This document shows positions 18,105-26,581 of a DNA stretch of 40,273 bases, one piece after another. The notes below the pieces were generated by a model. It was not told the DNA's origin and made no database searches. It saw only the letters and a list, made by a program, of their open reading frames with translations. Location of the stretch: contig CAYWTP010000003.1 of the NCBI GenBank assembly GCA_964461215.1, positions 1-40,273 on the forward strand. Direction: 5' to 3'. Each line of letters opens with the position of its first letter. Position 1 is the first letter of the stretch. This DNA comes from an uncultured Ectothiorhodospiraceae bacterium. GTDB taxonomy: Bacteria > Pseudomonadota > Gammaproteobacteria > JAABTG01. The position numbers and the translations under genes are program-made.

Positions 18105-19091
18105 ATGCATGACGCTTTCCAGGCCCTGGTTCTGACCGAGCAGGAGGGCCGGACGCTGGTCGGGCTCCGGCAGCTGCACACCGACGATCTGCCACCGGGT
18201 GAGGTCCTGATCGCGGTGCGCTGCTCCAGCCTCAACTACAAGGACGCCTTGGCGGTCACCGGTCGCGGCAAGGTGGTGCGGCGCTTTCCCATGGTGCCGG
18301 GGGTGGACCTGGCTGGCGTGGTGCAGAGTTCCGCGAGTCCTGCGCTCAGTCCGGGGGATCCCGTGCTCGTGACCGGCTGGGGCGTGGGAGAGACCCACTG
18401 GGGCGGCTATGCTCAGCGCGCCCGGGTGGCGGCGGGCTGGATCACGCGGCTGCCTGGAGGGCTGAGTTTGGAACAGGCGATGGCCATCGGCACCGCGGGA
18501 CTGACCGCCATGCTGTGTGTCATGGCGCTGGAGGACCGGGGCTTGTCACCGGGGCAGGGGCCAGTGATCGTAACCGGTGCCAGCGGTGGGGTGGGCGGCA
18601 TCGCCGTGGCCCTGCTCGCGCACTTGGGCTACCAGGTGCTTGCCGTGACCGGCCGGCTGTCCATGCATGATTATCTGCGGGGTCTGGGAGCGGCGGGGCT
18701 CGTGGACCGGGAAACCCTCGGCGCCCCGGCCAGGCCTCTGGAATCCGAAGCCTGGGCCGGCGCCATCGACACCGCTGGCGGCCCCGTCCTGGCCGGCGTA
18801 CTGAGCCGCCTGCGCTATGGTGCCGCGGTGGCCGCCTGCGGCCTGGCCGGTGGAGCCGAGCTGCACACCACGGTGTTCCCCTTCATCCTGCGCGGCGTGT
18901 CCCTGCTGGGAATAGACTCGGTGCGGTGTCCCGCAGAGCGTCGCGACGCTGCGTGGCAACGGCTAGCCCGCGAGCTGCCCTCGGACCTGTTGGCGAGGAT
19001 GACCCGTCGCGTCCCCCTGGACCAGGTCCCCGAGACGGCGCGCGATCTGCTGGAAGGGCGCCTGCATGGGCGGGTGGTGGTCGAGGTCTGA
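18105..19091 (+). CDS. acuI: YhdH/AcuI-family NADPH-dependent acrylyl-CoA reductase (MDR/quinone-oxidoreductase superfamily)
   Basis: It is co-linear by eye with E. coli YhdH: SSLNYKDALAVTGRGKV, TGWGVGETHWGGYAQ, IGTAGLTAMLCVMALED, VTGASGGVGG and VAACGLAGG. Confidence 0.85.
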   Translation: MHDAFQALVLTEQEGRTLVGLRQLHTDDLPPGEVLIAVRCSSLNYKDALAVTGRGKVVRRFPMVPGVDLAGVVQSSASPALSPGDPVLVTGWGVGETHWGGYAQRARVAAGWITRLPGGLSLEQAMAIGTAGLTAMLCVMALEDRGLSPGQGPVIVTGASGGVGGIAVALLAHLGYQVLAVTGRLSMHDYLRGLGAAGLVDRETLGAPARPLESEAWAGAIDTAGGPVLAGVLSRLRYGAAVAACGLAGGAELHTTVFPFILRGVSLLGIDSVRCPAERRDAAWQRLARELPSDLLARMTRRVPLDQVPETARDLLEGRLHGRVVVEV

Positions 19092-19239
19092 GGCTGTGGG
19101 CCGTAGAGAGTGCGGCGCTTGCGCTGAGGGCCTTCACGGCACCGTGGAGTATCGCTACGAGCCCGCACCGTCCAAATATCTATCCCTTGCCTGCGACGGG
19201 TAACCGCCTCTACGGCCCACCCGGCTACAGCCTACAGCC
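19092..19239. repeat. REP-like inverted pair filling the convergent acuI/ydbL gap
   Basis: The left arm ggctgtgggccgtaga (19092-19107) pairs with the right arm tctacggccc-acccggct-acagcc (19209-19232), the reverse complement with an 8-nt insertion. An extra gcctacagcc lies at 19230-19239. Confidence 0.55.
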
Positions 19240-19248
19240 TGAAGCCTC

Positions 19249-19854
19249 TTATTTTCTGCTCCAGTGCCCGCTGCCGTCCTGGTACCACCAGCCGCGGCGG
19301 GCGTTGTCCACCCAGCGTCGGGCGAAGGTGCTGCGGATGTTCTGCTCCCATTCGGGGTGACCGTTGGCACTGGCTATCTCCCGGTACAGTGCGCTGCGAT
19401 CACGGTTCTCCTCGGCCACGAGCTGGTTGACCTGACGGCGTGAGGCCAGTGGCACGCTGCCCGGATCACGCACGGCGACCATGCCGTCGTTGGTCAGACC
19501 TACGGCCCCGCTGGCGAGGTAGGGCTCGAGCCGCGGGGTGCGGGCCTTCATGGAGGCCGTCAGTTTGCGGATGGCGGGGCTGGAGACATCGATGTTGGCC
19601 TGAGCCTGAGCCGCTGGTACGACGAAGTCCAGCACCTGTCCCAGCAGGGGCTGCTTCGCCTCATTGCGCTGAGAGCTGGGTCCGGGAGCCGGGGCAGGCT
19701 TCTGCTCCTGAGGGCCTTGTTCGCCCCAGACCTCCTTGATGACCTTGTCGGCCGCCTTCTCGGCGGCCGCGGCCGGAAAGTACACGTTGATGGTAACGCA
19801 GGCGCCCAGCAGCAAGGCGATCATTGCGCCGAGAAACCCTCTTGCGTAGTGCAT
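19249..19854 (-). CDS. Lipoprotein with a C-terminal YdbL/DUF1318 domain, possibly a YnbE-like/YdbL fusion
   Basis: AAGGAG lies upstream of the ATG. A lipobox is present (MIALLLGAC), then VTINVYFP, a Pro/Gln-rich linker, and a DUF1318-like region (SPAIRKLTASMKARTPRLEPYLASGAVGLTNDG...QVNQLVAEENRDRSALYREIASANG...GWWYQDGSGHW). Confidence 0.65.
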   Translation of the reverse strand: MHYARGFLGAMIALLLGACVTINVYFPAAAAEKAADKVIKEVWGEQGPQEQKPAPAPGPSSQRNEAKQPLLGQVLDFVVPAAQAQANIDVSSPAIRKLTASMKARTPRLEPYLASGAVGLTNDGMVAVRDPGSVPLASRRQVNQLVAEENRDRSALYREIASANGHPEWEQNIRSTFARRWVDNARRGWWYQDGSGHWSRK

Positions 19855-19866
19855 GGCTATCTCCTT

Positions 19867-22005
19867 CTAACGGACCACCGGGCCGGAAGTGCTGGTGATG
19901 CTCTTCAGGCGGGCTATCAGAGTGTCCCAGCTTACGCGCTTGTTGAAGCCGATCACGTTGATGCGGGGGATGCCGCCGCCCTTGACGATATAGTACCCGC
20001 CATCGGCCGGGGCTACACCCCGCATCTCGCACACGCCGTTGCGCAGGCGGCAGCCCAGGCCAAGGCGGTCGTAGGAGAACTCATCGAAGAAGCGCAGGAA
20101 GGAGCGCGAGAGCACGCCCCCAGCCCCGCCCAGGCTGGCCAGGTTGTCCACGGCCCGCTGGCTGATGCGGTGCCGGGACTCATCTCCCGCGGGCGTGTGC
20201 AGCCAGGCATCAAAGGAAGCCGGCTGCCAGTCCGTCAGGCGCAGGTCATGTACATAGCCGCCGAGGCGCCCCTGAATGCTGCCGAAGGAGAAGGCGTGGG
20301 TGAGGGGGCCCAGGGACAGGTCGTGGATGTCCACGTCCGCCGCCAGCTTGGGCACCAGGCCCAGGGGATGATCCAGGGCCAGGTTGTGGATCACGATGTC
20401 GCCGTCGAAGATCTTGACCAACAGGGCGCCGCCGATCACTGCGTGTCCCTCGGCGTAAGTCACGTCCGGAATGACCCCCGACAGACTTCCGCCCATCAGC
20501 GGCCAGCCGAGGCTGCGGCTCAGGCGCTCCATGGACACTGGGGTCAGCAGCCCCTCGAAGCGCCCGCGGAAGGCCTCGGTGTCACCCAGGTTCTGCAGCT
20601 CCAGGGTATCGATCTGCATGGTCCCGTCCAGCACCGGGACCTTCAGGGGGCGGATGAGCTTGGCGTTCCGGCCCCGGGCCTCGGCCTCCAGGACGCCGGC
20701 GCCCAGCTCGATGCGGTAGAAGTGGGCCCCCTCCCAGGTTAGGCGGGTCGGGTCAGGCTTCTGTGCGCTGCGCCAGTGGCCTTCGCCCGTGGCGCCGTCG
20801 ATCCCGAAGCGTCCCTGGCGGTCGTCCACGTGCACGTTCTCGAGACTGACGTCGGCCGCTTGGGCGCCCTGCGCTTCCCAGCGCAGACGGCCCTGCGCCC
20901 GACCACTGGCCTCCATATCGTCGACCACGGTACCGGCCGCTGCCGGCTGCAGATACACCTTGTAGGTTTTCTCCAGGTCCCTGGCATCAAATGACAGGTC
21001 GGCCTGAGACAGACCAGGGGCGTGCCCCAGGTCCATGGCGAAGGAGCCGGTGACCTGGAGCGTCTCCGGATCGTCGTAGGTGAAGCTGCGAACCTCCAGC
21101 CGCGCCGGCGTCCATTCTCCCCGGCTTGCGAGGGTAAGGGGGTGGGCGGCAACCTCGAGGTACAAGGGGTCCAGATAGATCTGGCCTCCTGGGACCTCCA
21201 GCCCGACCGAATACGCCCAGCGGGAGCCTCGGAGCTTGGCCTCGGCCGACACGCTCAGGTCCACGCCCGCCGCCTCCCGCAGGCCGCTGCCGTCGGCGAG
21301 GGACAGGCGTTTGATATCAGCGTGGAGGTTGATCCGCTCCGGGGCCGGTGAGCCGGAGAGGCGGGCCGACAGCCGCAGCCCGCCGCCTGTCTTGAATCCC
21401 GGGGGGATCCGCAGGATATCCTTGAGCCGCGTGCGGACCTGCTCAAGGTCCAGATCCCGGCAGTCCACTGCTACCGTCCAGGAGTCCCCTTGTGTATGGA
21501 CGATTGCGTCCGCAGCGCCGCCGGCGAGGACCAGCTTCTTGAGGTTCACGTCCAGGGCGCCGTCGGCGTGCCGGTAGCGGAAGCTCACGGGGACGCGAGA
21601 CCGGTCAATCAGCTCGTTTGCCAGGCTCAGGGTACCGGCGGGACACGCCGTCAGGCCGGGCTCGAGGCCGATCCGGGGGCAGTCGAGTGTGACCTGCCGT
21701 ATCGGAGGCAGCGGTGCGGGCAGTACCAGTCGGGCTACTTCCAGATGCAGGCTGGGCCCCGAGCCGGAGCTCAGTCCGACCGCGATCTTCACGCCTTCGG
21801 CCTGCCACCCTTGACCCTGGACCCGGGCCATATTCAGATCCAGTGCTTCCAGGGCGTGTGCGCCCGGGCAGGCGGCCAGAGCCATGATCGGCAGCAGGCA
21901 GACCCCGGCCCGGCCGGCACGCGCCGGACCGGCACGGCCTGCCTTGCCGCGGGCGCGGGGATGGAGCGCCGGTGGCGCGGCGGGTATGGCAGGTCCGTGT
22001 TGCAT
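19867..22005 (-). CDS. ydbH: YdbH-like AsmA-family intermembrane lipid-transport protein
   Basis: The C-terminal region (ISQRAVDNLASLGG...LGLGCRLRNGVCEMRGV...YYIVKGGGIPRINVIGFNKRVSWDTLIARL) resembles YdbH (DctA-YdbH domain) proteins. It lies directly upstream of a DUF1318 gene, as in E. coli ydbH-ynbE-ydbL. The start is set to the ATG at 22005, because the track's 22404 start overlaps ybbP. The exact start is uncertain. Confidence 0.6.
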   Translation of the reverse strand: MQHGPAIPAAPPALHPRARGKAGRAGPARAGRAGVCLLPIMALAACPGAHALEALDLNMARVQGQGWQAEGVKIAVGLSSGSGPSLHLEVARLVLPAPLPPIRQVTLDCPRIGLEPGLTACPAGTLSLANELIDRSRVPVSFRYRHADGALDVNLKKLVLAGGAADAIVHTQGDSWTVAVDCRDLDLEQVRTRLKDILRIPPGFKTGGGLRLSARLSGSPAPERINLHADIKRLSLADGSGLREAAGVDLSVSAEAKLRGSRWAYSVGLEVPGGQIYLDPLYLEVAAHPLTLASRGEWTPARLEVRSFTYDDPETLQVTGSFAMDLGHAPGLSQADLSFDARDLEKTYKVYLQPAAAGTVVDDMEASGRAQGRLRWEAQGAQAADVSLENVHVDDRQGRFGIDGATGEGHWRSAQKPDPTRLTWEGAHFYRIELGAGVLEAEARGRNAKLIRPLKVPVLDGTMQIDTLELQNLGDTEAFRGRFEGLLTPVSMERLSRSLGWPLMGGSLSGVIPDVTYAEGHAVIGGALLVKIFDGDIVIHNLALDHPLGLVPKLAADVDIHDLSLGPLTHAFSFGSIQGRLGGYVHDLRLTDWQPASFDAWLHTPAGDESRHRISQRAVDNLASLGGAGGVLSRSFLRFFDEFSYDRLGLGCRLRNGVCEMRGVAPADGGYYIVKGGGIPRINVIGFNKRVSWDTLIARLKSITSTSGPVVR

Positions 22006-22042
22006 AGGGTACTTGCTTGCGCTTGTCGGGGTGGATGGGCGG

Positions 22043-24535
22043 TTACTGCTCGCGCAGGCTGCGCAAGGGAGGATAGGAGAGCACGCCGGCGGTGCCCAGA
22101 ACCCCGGCGGTGCCCACGCCCAGCACCCCGCCCAGGATCCCGGCCAGCCAGATCCAGCCACTGGGTCGGTAGGGCAGTGCGAACACTTCGCGCGCCAGCA
22201 CCATCCCCACGGCGCTCGCCGCCAGGCTGGCCAGCAGACCTGCCAGGGTCCCCAGGGCCAGGAACTCCGCCAGCAGGCCCTGGAGCACCTGGCGCCGGCT
22301 GCCCCCGAGCGTGCGCAGCACAGCACTCTCGTAACGGCGCTCGTCCAGGGTGGACTGGATGGCGGCAGCCAGTACCACCAGTCCCGCCAGCAGCGCAAAC
22401 GCAAACACGTACTGCACCGCCAGGGCCGCCTGCCCCATGATCTCCCGCACCTTGGTCATGATGGCGTCCACGTCCAGCACCGTCACGCTGGGGAACTGTC
22501 TGACCAGCTCGGCCAGAATTCCCCGGCGTTCCTTGGAAAGATGGAAGCTGGTGATGTAGGTGGCGGGGTAATGGCCCAGCACGCCGGGCGGGGTAATCAC
22601 GAAGAAATTCACCTGGAAGGAGTCCCACTCCACGCGGCGCAAGCTGCTGACCCGGCCCTGGATTTCCCGGCCGGCGATGAGGAACTTCAGCTCGTCGCCG
22701 AGGTGGATCCGCAGGGTCTGGGCCAGTCCCTTCTCCACCGAGAACAAGCCTCGGCCGTCGTCCTCTTCCGACCACCAGTGCCCGGCCACGATGCGGTTGT
22801 CGATCTGGGGCGTGCGCGCCCAGGAGAGGTTGAACTCGCGCTCGACCAGGCGCCGTGCCCGGGGGCTCTGGTAGTCTTGGGCCGCGACCTCGCGACCGCC
22901 TATCGCCACCAGCCTGGCCCGGACCATGGGGTAAAGGACAGGCCGGGAGATACCGTTGTGGGCCAGGAAGCGCTTGACCCCCGCGGCCTCGTCGGGCTGT
23001 ACGTTGATGAGGAAGTAGTTGGGCGCGTCGGCGGGCAGGCGGTGGCGCCAGTCCTGGAGCAAATCGTTGCGCACCAGGCTAAGAAGCAGCAGCACCATAA
23101 TTCCCAGGCCGAAGGCTACCACCTGCATCACGCTTTCACGGGAACGCCGCCCGAGGCCGGCCAGACCGAAGCGCCAGGCCACTCCGACCCGGTGGCGCAG
23201 CGGACCCAGCAACCGGATCAAGGCCAGCGCTCCCAGGCCCATCAGCACTCCGGTGAGCACGATGCCCGCCAGGGCATAGCCGGCCAGGGTAATGTCCGCC
23301 ACCTGCCAGGCGATCAGCCCGCCCAGGGCGGCGAGGGCCGAGCCATATACCACCCATGCCCGCGGCGTGAGGGGAAGCGCGTCGCGGCGCAGCACCCGGG
23401 AGGGGGGCACGTCCCTGAGGCGCAGCACCGGGGGCAGGGCGAATCCCAGCAGAGTGGCCAGGCCGGTCACCAGGCCGACGGCAACCGGTCCCGGTCCCGG
23501 GGCTGGCAGGGTCCCGGGGAGCAGACCGGCCAGCAACGCGGCCAGTCCCGCCTGGGCGGCAAATCCCAGCACGCTTCCCGCCAGGCTGGCGGCCGTTCCC
23601 AGCACCAGCATTTGAGTCAGGTGGATGCGGACGATGAAGCCCTGACTGGCACCCAGGCAGCGCATGATCGCCGTCGGGTCCTGGTGGCGGGCGGCGTAGC
23701 GCCGGGACGCTACCGCCACCGCAATGCCGGCCAGGACCACGCTGATCAGGGCCGCCAGTCCCAGAAACCGCCGCGCCCGGTCCAGCGCCGTGCGCAGCTC
23801 CGGCCGGGCGTCGCGAATGTTCTGGATCTCCACTCCAGGACCCAGCCGGGGCTTGAGCCAGGCGGCATAGCCGGCCACCGCCTTCTCGGGTCCGGCGACC
23901 AGCAGCCGGTACCTGACCCGGCTGCCCCGTTGCACCAGCTGCGTGGCGGGAACATCATCCCAGCGCATGAGCAGGCGCGGCGCGATGCTGAACAAGCTTC
24001 CGCCCCGGTCAGGCTCGAAGCTGAGCACCTTTTCCACGCGCAGCCGCAGTGCGCCAACGTCGACGTGGTCGCCCACCGCCAGCCCCAGCATGCTGAACAG
24101 CCGCGGATCCAACCACACGGTGCCAGGCGCCGGCACCTCGCGTGTCGCCTTATCGGCGGCGAACGGCGCGCTGGCAGTGCGCAGCTCGCCACGCAGCGGA
24201 TAGCCGGGTGTGACGGCCTTGACCTCGGCGAGCTGCAGCCGGTCCCCGGCCACGATGACGCTGCGAAAGCTCAGGGTCCGAGCCGTCGCCAGTCCCCGGT
24301 GTCTGGCCTCGTTGTCCCAGGCCTTGTCGATGGGGTCGGCAGAGACAACGACCAGATCGGCGGCCAGCAGCTCGGTGGCCTGCCGGCTCATGGCCCGCTG
24401 CACCCGGTCCGTGAAGAAGCCCACGGAGGTGACGCTGGCCACGGCTACGACCACCGCCGCCAGCAGCACCCGCAGCTCCCCTGCTTGCCAGTCCCGGCGC
24501 AGAGAACGCACCGCGAAGTGCAGGGCACCGTTCAT
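22043..24535 (-). CDS. ybbP: FtsX-family ABC transporter permease YbbP
   Basis: It is an 830-aa polytopic protein with duplicated FtsX/MacB-type modules. Its start overlaps the ybbA stop (ATGA), matching the E. coli tesA/ybbA-ybbP synteny. Confidence 0.8.
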   Translation of the reverse strand: MNGALHFAVRSLRRDWQAGELRVLLAAVVVAVASVTSVGFFTDRVQRAMSRQATELLAADLVVVSADPIDKAWDNEARHRGLATARTLSFRSVIVAGDRLQLAEVKAVTPGYPLRGELRTASAPFAADKATREVPAPGTVWLDPRLFSMLGLAVGDHVDVGALRLRVEKVLSFEPDRGGSLFSIAPRLLMRWDDVPATQLVQRGSRVRYRLLVAGPEKAVAGYAAWLKPRLGPGVEIQNIRDARPELRTALDRARRFLGLAALISVVLAGIAVAVASRRYAARHQDPTAIMRCLGASQGFIVRIHLTQMLVLGTAASLAGSVLGFAAQAGLAALLAGLLPGTLPAPGPGPVAVGLVTGLATLLGFALPPVLRLRDVPPSRVLRRDALPLTPRAWVVYGSALAALGGLIAWQVADITLAGYALAGIVLTGVLMGLGALALIRLLGPLRHRVGVAWRFGLAGLGRRSRESVMQVVAFGLGIMVLLLLSLVRNDLLQDWRHRLPADAPNYFLINVQPDEAAGVKRFLAHNGISRPVLYPMVRARLVAIGGREVAAQDYQSPRARRLVEREFNLSWARTPQIDNRIVAGHWWSEEDDGRGLFSVEKGLAQTLRIHLGDELKFLIAGREIQGRVSSLRRVEWDSFQVNFFVITPPGVLGHYPATYITSFHLSKERRGILAELVRQFPSVTVLDVDAIMTKVREIMGQAALAVQYVFAFALLAGLVVLAAAIQSTLDERRYESAVLRTLGGSRRQVLQGLLAEFLALGTLAGLLASLAASAVGMVLAREVFALPYRPSGWIWLAGILGGVLGVGTAGVLGTAGVLSYPPLRSLREQ

Positions 24536-25245
24536 GGAGCCTGCGCCGGCGGCTCAGCTGGGTGCACCACGCGGCCGGCGTCCAGCTCCACGGTTCGGGA
24601 GCAGTGGCCGGCCAGGGACGCGTCATGGGTGACCAGGACCAGGGTCGCGGCGTGCTCGCGATTCAGGGAGAACAGCAGGTCGTTGATGCGCGCACCGGTC
24701 CTGCGGTCCAGGTTGCCGGTAGGCTCGTCGGCGAACAGCACCCTGGGACTGGGGGCGAAGGCGCGGGCGATGGCCACACGCTGCTGCTCGCCACCGGAGA
24801 GCTGGTGAGGATAGTGGCGAATGCGTGGCCCCAGCCCCACCCGTTCCAGGATGGCCGTGGCGGTGCCCTGGGGATTTGCGCGGCCGGCCAGCTCCAGCGG
24901 CAGCATGACGTTCTCCAGCGCCGTCAGACTGCCAATGAGCTGAAAGGACTGGAAGACGAAGCCCACCAGCTCGCCGCGCAGGCGGGCCCTGCCGTCCTCG
25001 TCCAGGGTGTTGAGATCGGAGCCGTTGAGCGCGACGCGGCCCGAGGTGGGCAGATCCAGACCTGCCAGCAGGCCCAGCAGCGTCGACTTGCCCGAGCCGG
25101 ATTCGCCCACGATGGCCAGGGTCTCGCCGGCGGCTACCGTCAGATCCACGTCGCCCAGAATCTCCAGCTCGCCCTCCGGGCTGGGCACGCGTTTGCAAAC
25201 GCCGCTGGCCTGAATGATGGGTAGAGGGGGTATTGTGGTCGCCAT
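24532..25245 (-). CDS. ybbA: ABC transporter ATP-binding protein YbbA
   Basis: The start is set to the ATG at 25245 (MATTIPPLPIIQASGVCKRV). Motifs present are Walker A GESGSGKST, signature LSGGEQQR, Walker B LFADEP, and a C-terminus LFSLNREHAATLVLVTHD that closely resembles E. coli YbbA. Confidence 0.88.
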   Translation of the reverse strand: MATTIPPLPIIQASGVCKRVPSPEGELEILGDVDLTVAAGETLAIVGESGSGKSTLLGLLAGLDLPTSGRVALNGSDLNTLDEDGRARLRGELVGFVFQSFQLIGSLTALENVMLPLELAGRANPQGTATAILERVGLGPRIRHYPHQLSGGEQQRVAIARAFAPSPRVLFADEPTGNLDRRTGARINDLLFSLNREHAATLVLVTHDASLAGHCSRTVELDAGRVVHPAEPPAQAP

Positions 25246-25385
25246 GGGTGTGCTTTGGAGTCCCCCGGACTGCGGCGGGTTCCCGCCCCGGAGCAGGGTG
25301 GTCGCAGTCCCGGTGTGGGCATTGGTGTTTGGCAACGGCCTGACCGGCGCCGGAACCCTCAACCGATCACGGACGCCGGCGTGGG

Positions 25386-25394
25386 TGCCATAAT
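25386..25394 (+). promoter_or_regulatory. Candidate extended -10 promoter (TGcCATAAT) for tesA
   Basis: tgccataat lies 39 nt upstream of the tesA ATG, with no good -35. It is the only AT-rich patch in the divergent tesA/ybbA gap. Confidence 0.3.
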
Positions 25395-25432
25395 AGCTTA
25401 TCCGGCTGTCCGTCCGGCGTGTGGAGCGGAAG

Positions 25433-26089
25433 ATGACTCGCAGGTGGGGATCCTCCTTGATCGTATTGACCGTGCTGTTGGGAGTAGCCGCCGCCGGCCA
25501 GGCGCAGACGGTACCCCGTACCATCCTGGTGATCGGCGACAGCCTTAGCGCCGGGTATGGAGTGCCGCTGGAGCAGGGCTGGGTTCGGCTTCTGCGGCAG
25601 CGCCTCGCGCAACGGGCGCCGGCGTACCGGGTGGTGAATGCCAGCATCAGCGGCGACACCACCCGCGGCGGGCTGGAGCGTCTGGGGCCTGCGCTGGCTC
25701 GCTATCAACCGGACATCGTAATCCTGGAGCTGGGGGGCAACGACGGGCTACGCGGCCTGTCCCTGGAGCAGACCCACGACAATCTGGCAGGCATGATTGA
25801 GAAGGCCCGTGATGGTGGTGCCCGGGTGCTGCTGGTGGGCATGCGTCTGCCCCCCAACTATGGCCCGGCCTACACGCAGCGGTTCCACGACATTTACCCG
25901 GAGCTGGCCCGGCACTATGGGATTGCCCTGGTTCCCTTTCTGCTGGAGGGAGTGGCCGGCCGGGAGGAGCTGATGCAGGCCGACGGTATCCACCCGCGGC
26001 CCGCCGGTCAGCCGAGGCTGCTGGACAACGTCTGGCCGTATCTCAAGCCCCTGCTCGGGGGCCAGGCGTCGGCGGCAGACGCACCATGA
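25433..26089 (+). CDS. tesA: SGNH/GDSL arylesterase: acyl-CoA thioesterase I / lysophospholipase L1 (TesA)
   Basis: A signal peptide is followed by ILVIGDSLSAGYG (GDSL Ser), ELGGNDGLRG and a C-terminal DGIHP. I prefer the ATG at 25433 (GGAG 6 nt upstream) over the track's GTG at 25421. It is divergent from ybbA, as in E. coli. Confidence 0.88.
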   Translation: MTRRWGSSLIVLTVLLGVAAAGQAQTVPRTILVIGDSLSAGYGVPLEQGWVRLLRQRLAQRAPAYRVVNASISGDTTRGGLERLGPALARYQPDIVILELGGNDGLRGLSLEQTHDNLAGMIEKARDGGARVLLVGMRLPPNYGPAYTQRFHDIYPELARHYGIALVPFLLEGVAGREELMQADGIHPRPAGQPRLLDNVWPYLKPLLGGQASAADAP

Positions 26090-26559
26090 AGCTGGTGCTG
26101 GTGCTGATACTGGCTGTCCCGGTAGTGGGCGTGCTGCTTTTGGCCGGCGGGCTACTCGGCAACCGCCTGCCCTGGCTGGACCCGCCCGGCATCCAGCCCC
26201 GCCTCAAGCACTACCTGACCACGCACGTGGCCGAAACCACGCTCGATGCCACCTATCCCGAGCTGCGTATGGCGGTCTACCCGGTCAGTGCGGACCGGCT
26301 CTTCCAGGCCGTGGGTGAGGCCGCCGCGCGCCTGGGTTGGCAGGTCCGGTCGGCCGACCCAGCGGCGCGGACCATGGCCCTGGTGGTGACCACCGCCGTG
26401 TGGCGGTTCAAGGATGACGTGACCGTGCGGGTGGAGGCCGCGGGTAGCCGAGGCAGTGTGCTGCACCTGCGCTCGGCCTCGCGGGTGGGACAGGGCGATC
26501 TGGGTGCCAACACCCGGCATATCCTGGACTTGAGGGAGGCGCTTCGCGCTTCCCTTTAG
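26086..26559 (+). CDS. DUF1499-family membrane-anchored protein
   Basis: It has an N-terminal TM helix. WRFKDDVTVRV...LRSASRVGQGDLGANTRHI matches my recollection of the DUF1499 signature. The ATGA overlap with the tesA stop suggests translational coupling. Confidence 0.55.
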   Translation: MKLVLVLILAVPVVGVLLLAGGLLGNRLPWLDPPGIQPRLKHYLTTHVAETTLDATYPELRMAVYPVSADRLFQAVGEAAARLGWQVRSADPAARTMALVVTTAVWRFKDDVTVRVEAAGSRGSVLHLRSASRVGQGDLGANTRHILDLREALRASL

Positions 26560-26581
26560 CTTGCGACTAGGTGGGCCGAAA

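Noticed and set aside
22006..22404. A 133-codon upstream extension of the ydbH-like ORF. Similar extensions exist for ybbA (25246-25662), phaB (13918-13995), phaR (14654-14758) and rpfG (30004-30099).
   Set aside because: The extensions overlap the preceding gene or promoter DNA and are Trp/Arg/Pro-rich. Internal starts with SD sequences coincide with the conserved N-termini.
21884..24808. A 974-aa plus-strand ORF spanning ydbH, ybbP and ybbA in antisense
   Set aside because: It has an Arg/Gly/Pro/Gln-rich composition and no domain signatures. It overlaps three well-supported minus-strand genes (ABC motifs, FtsX permease). It is a high-GC artefact.
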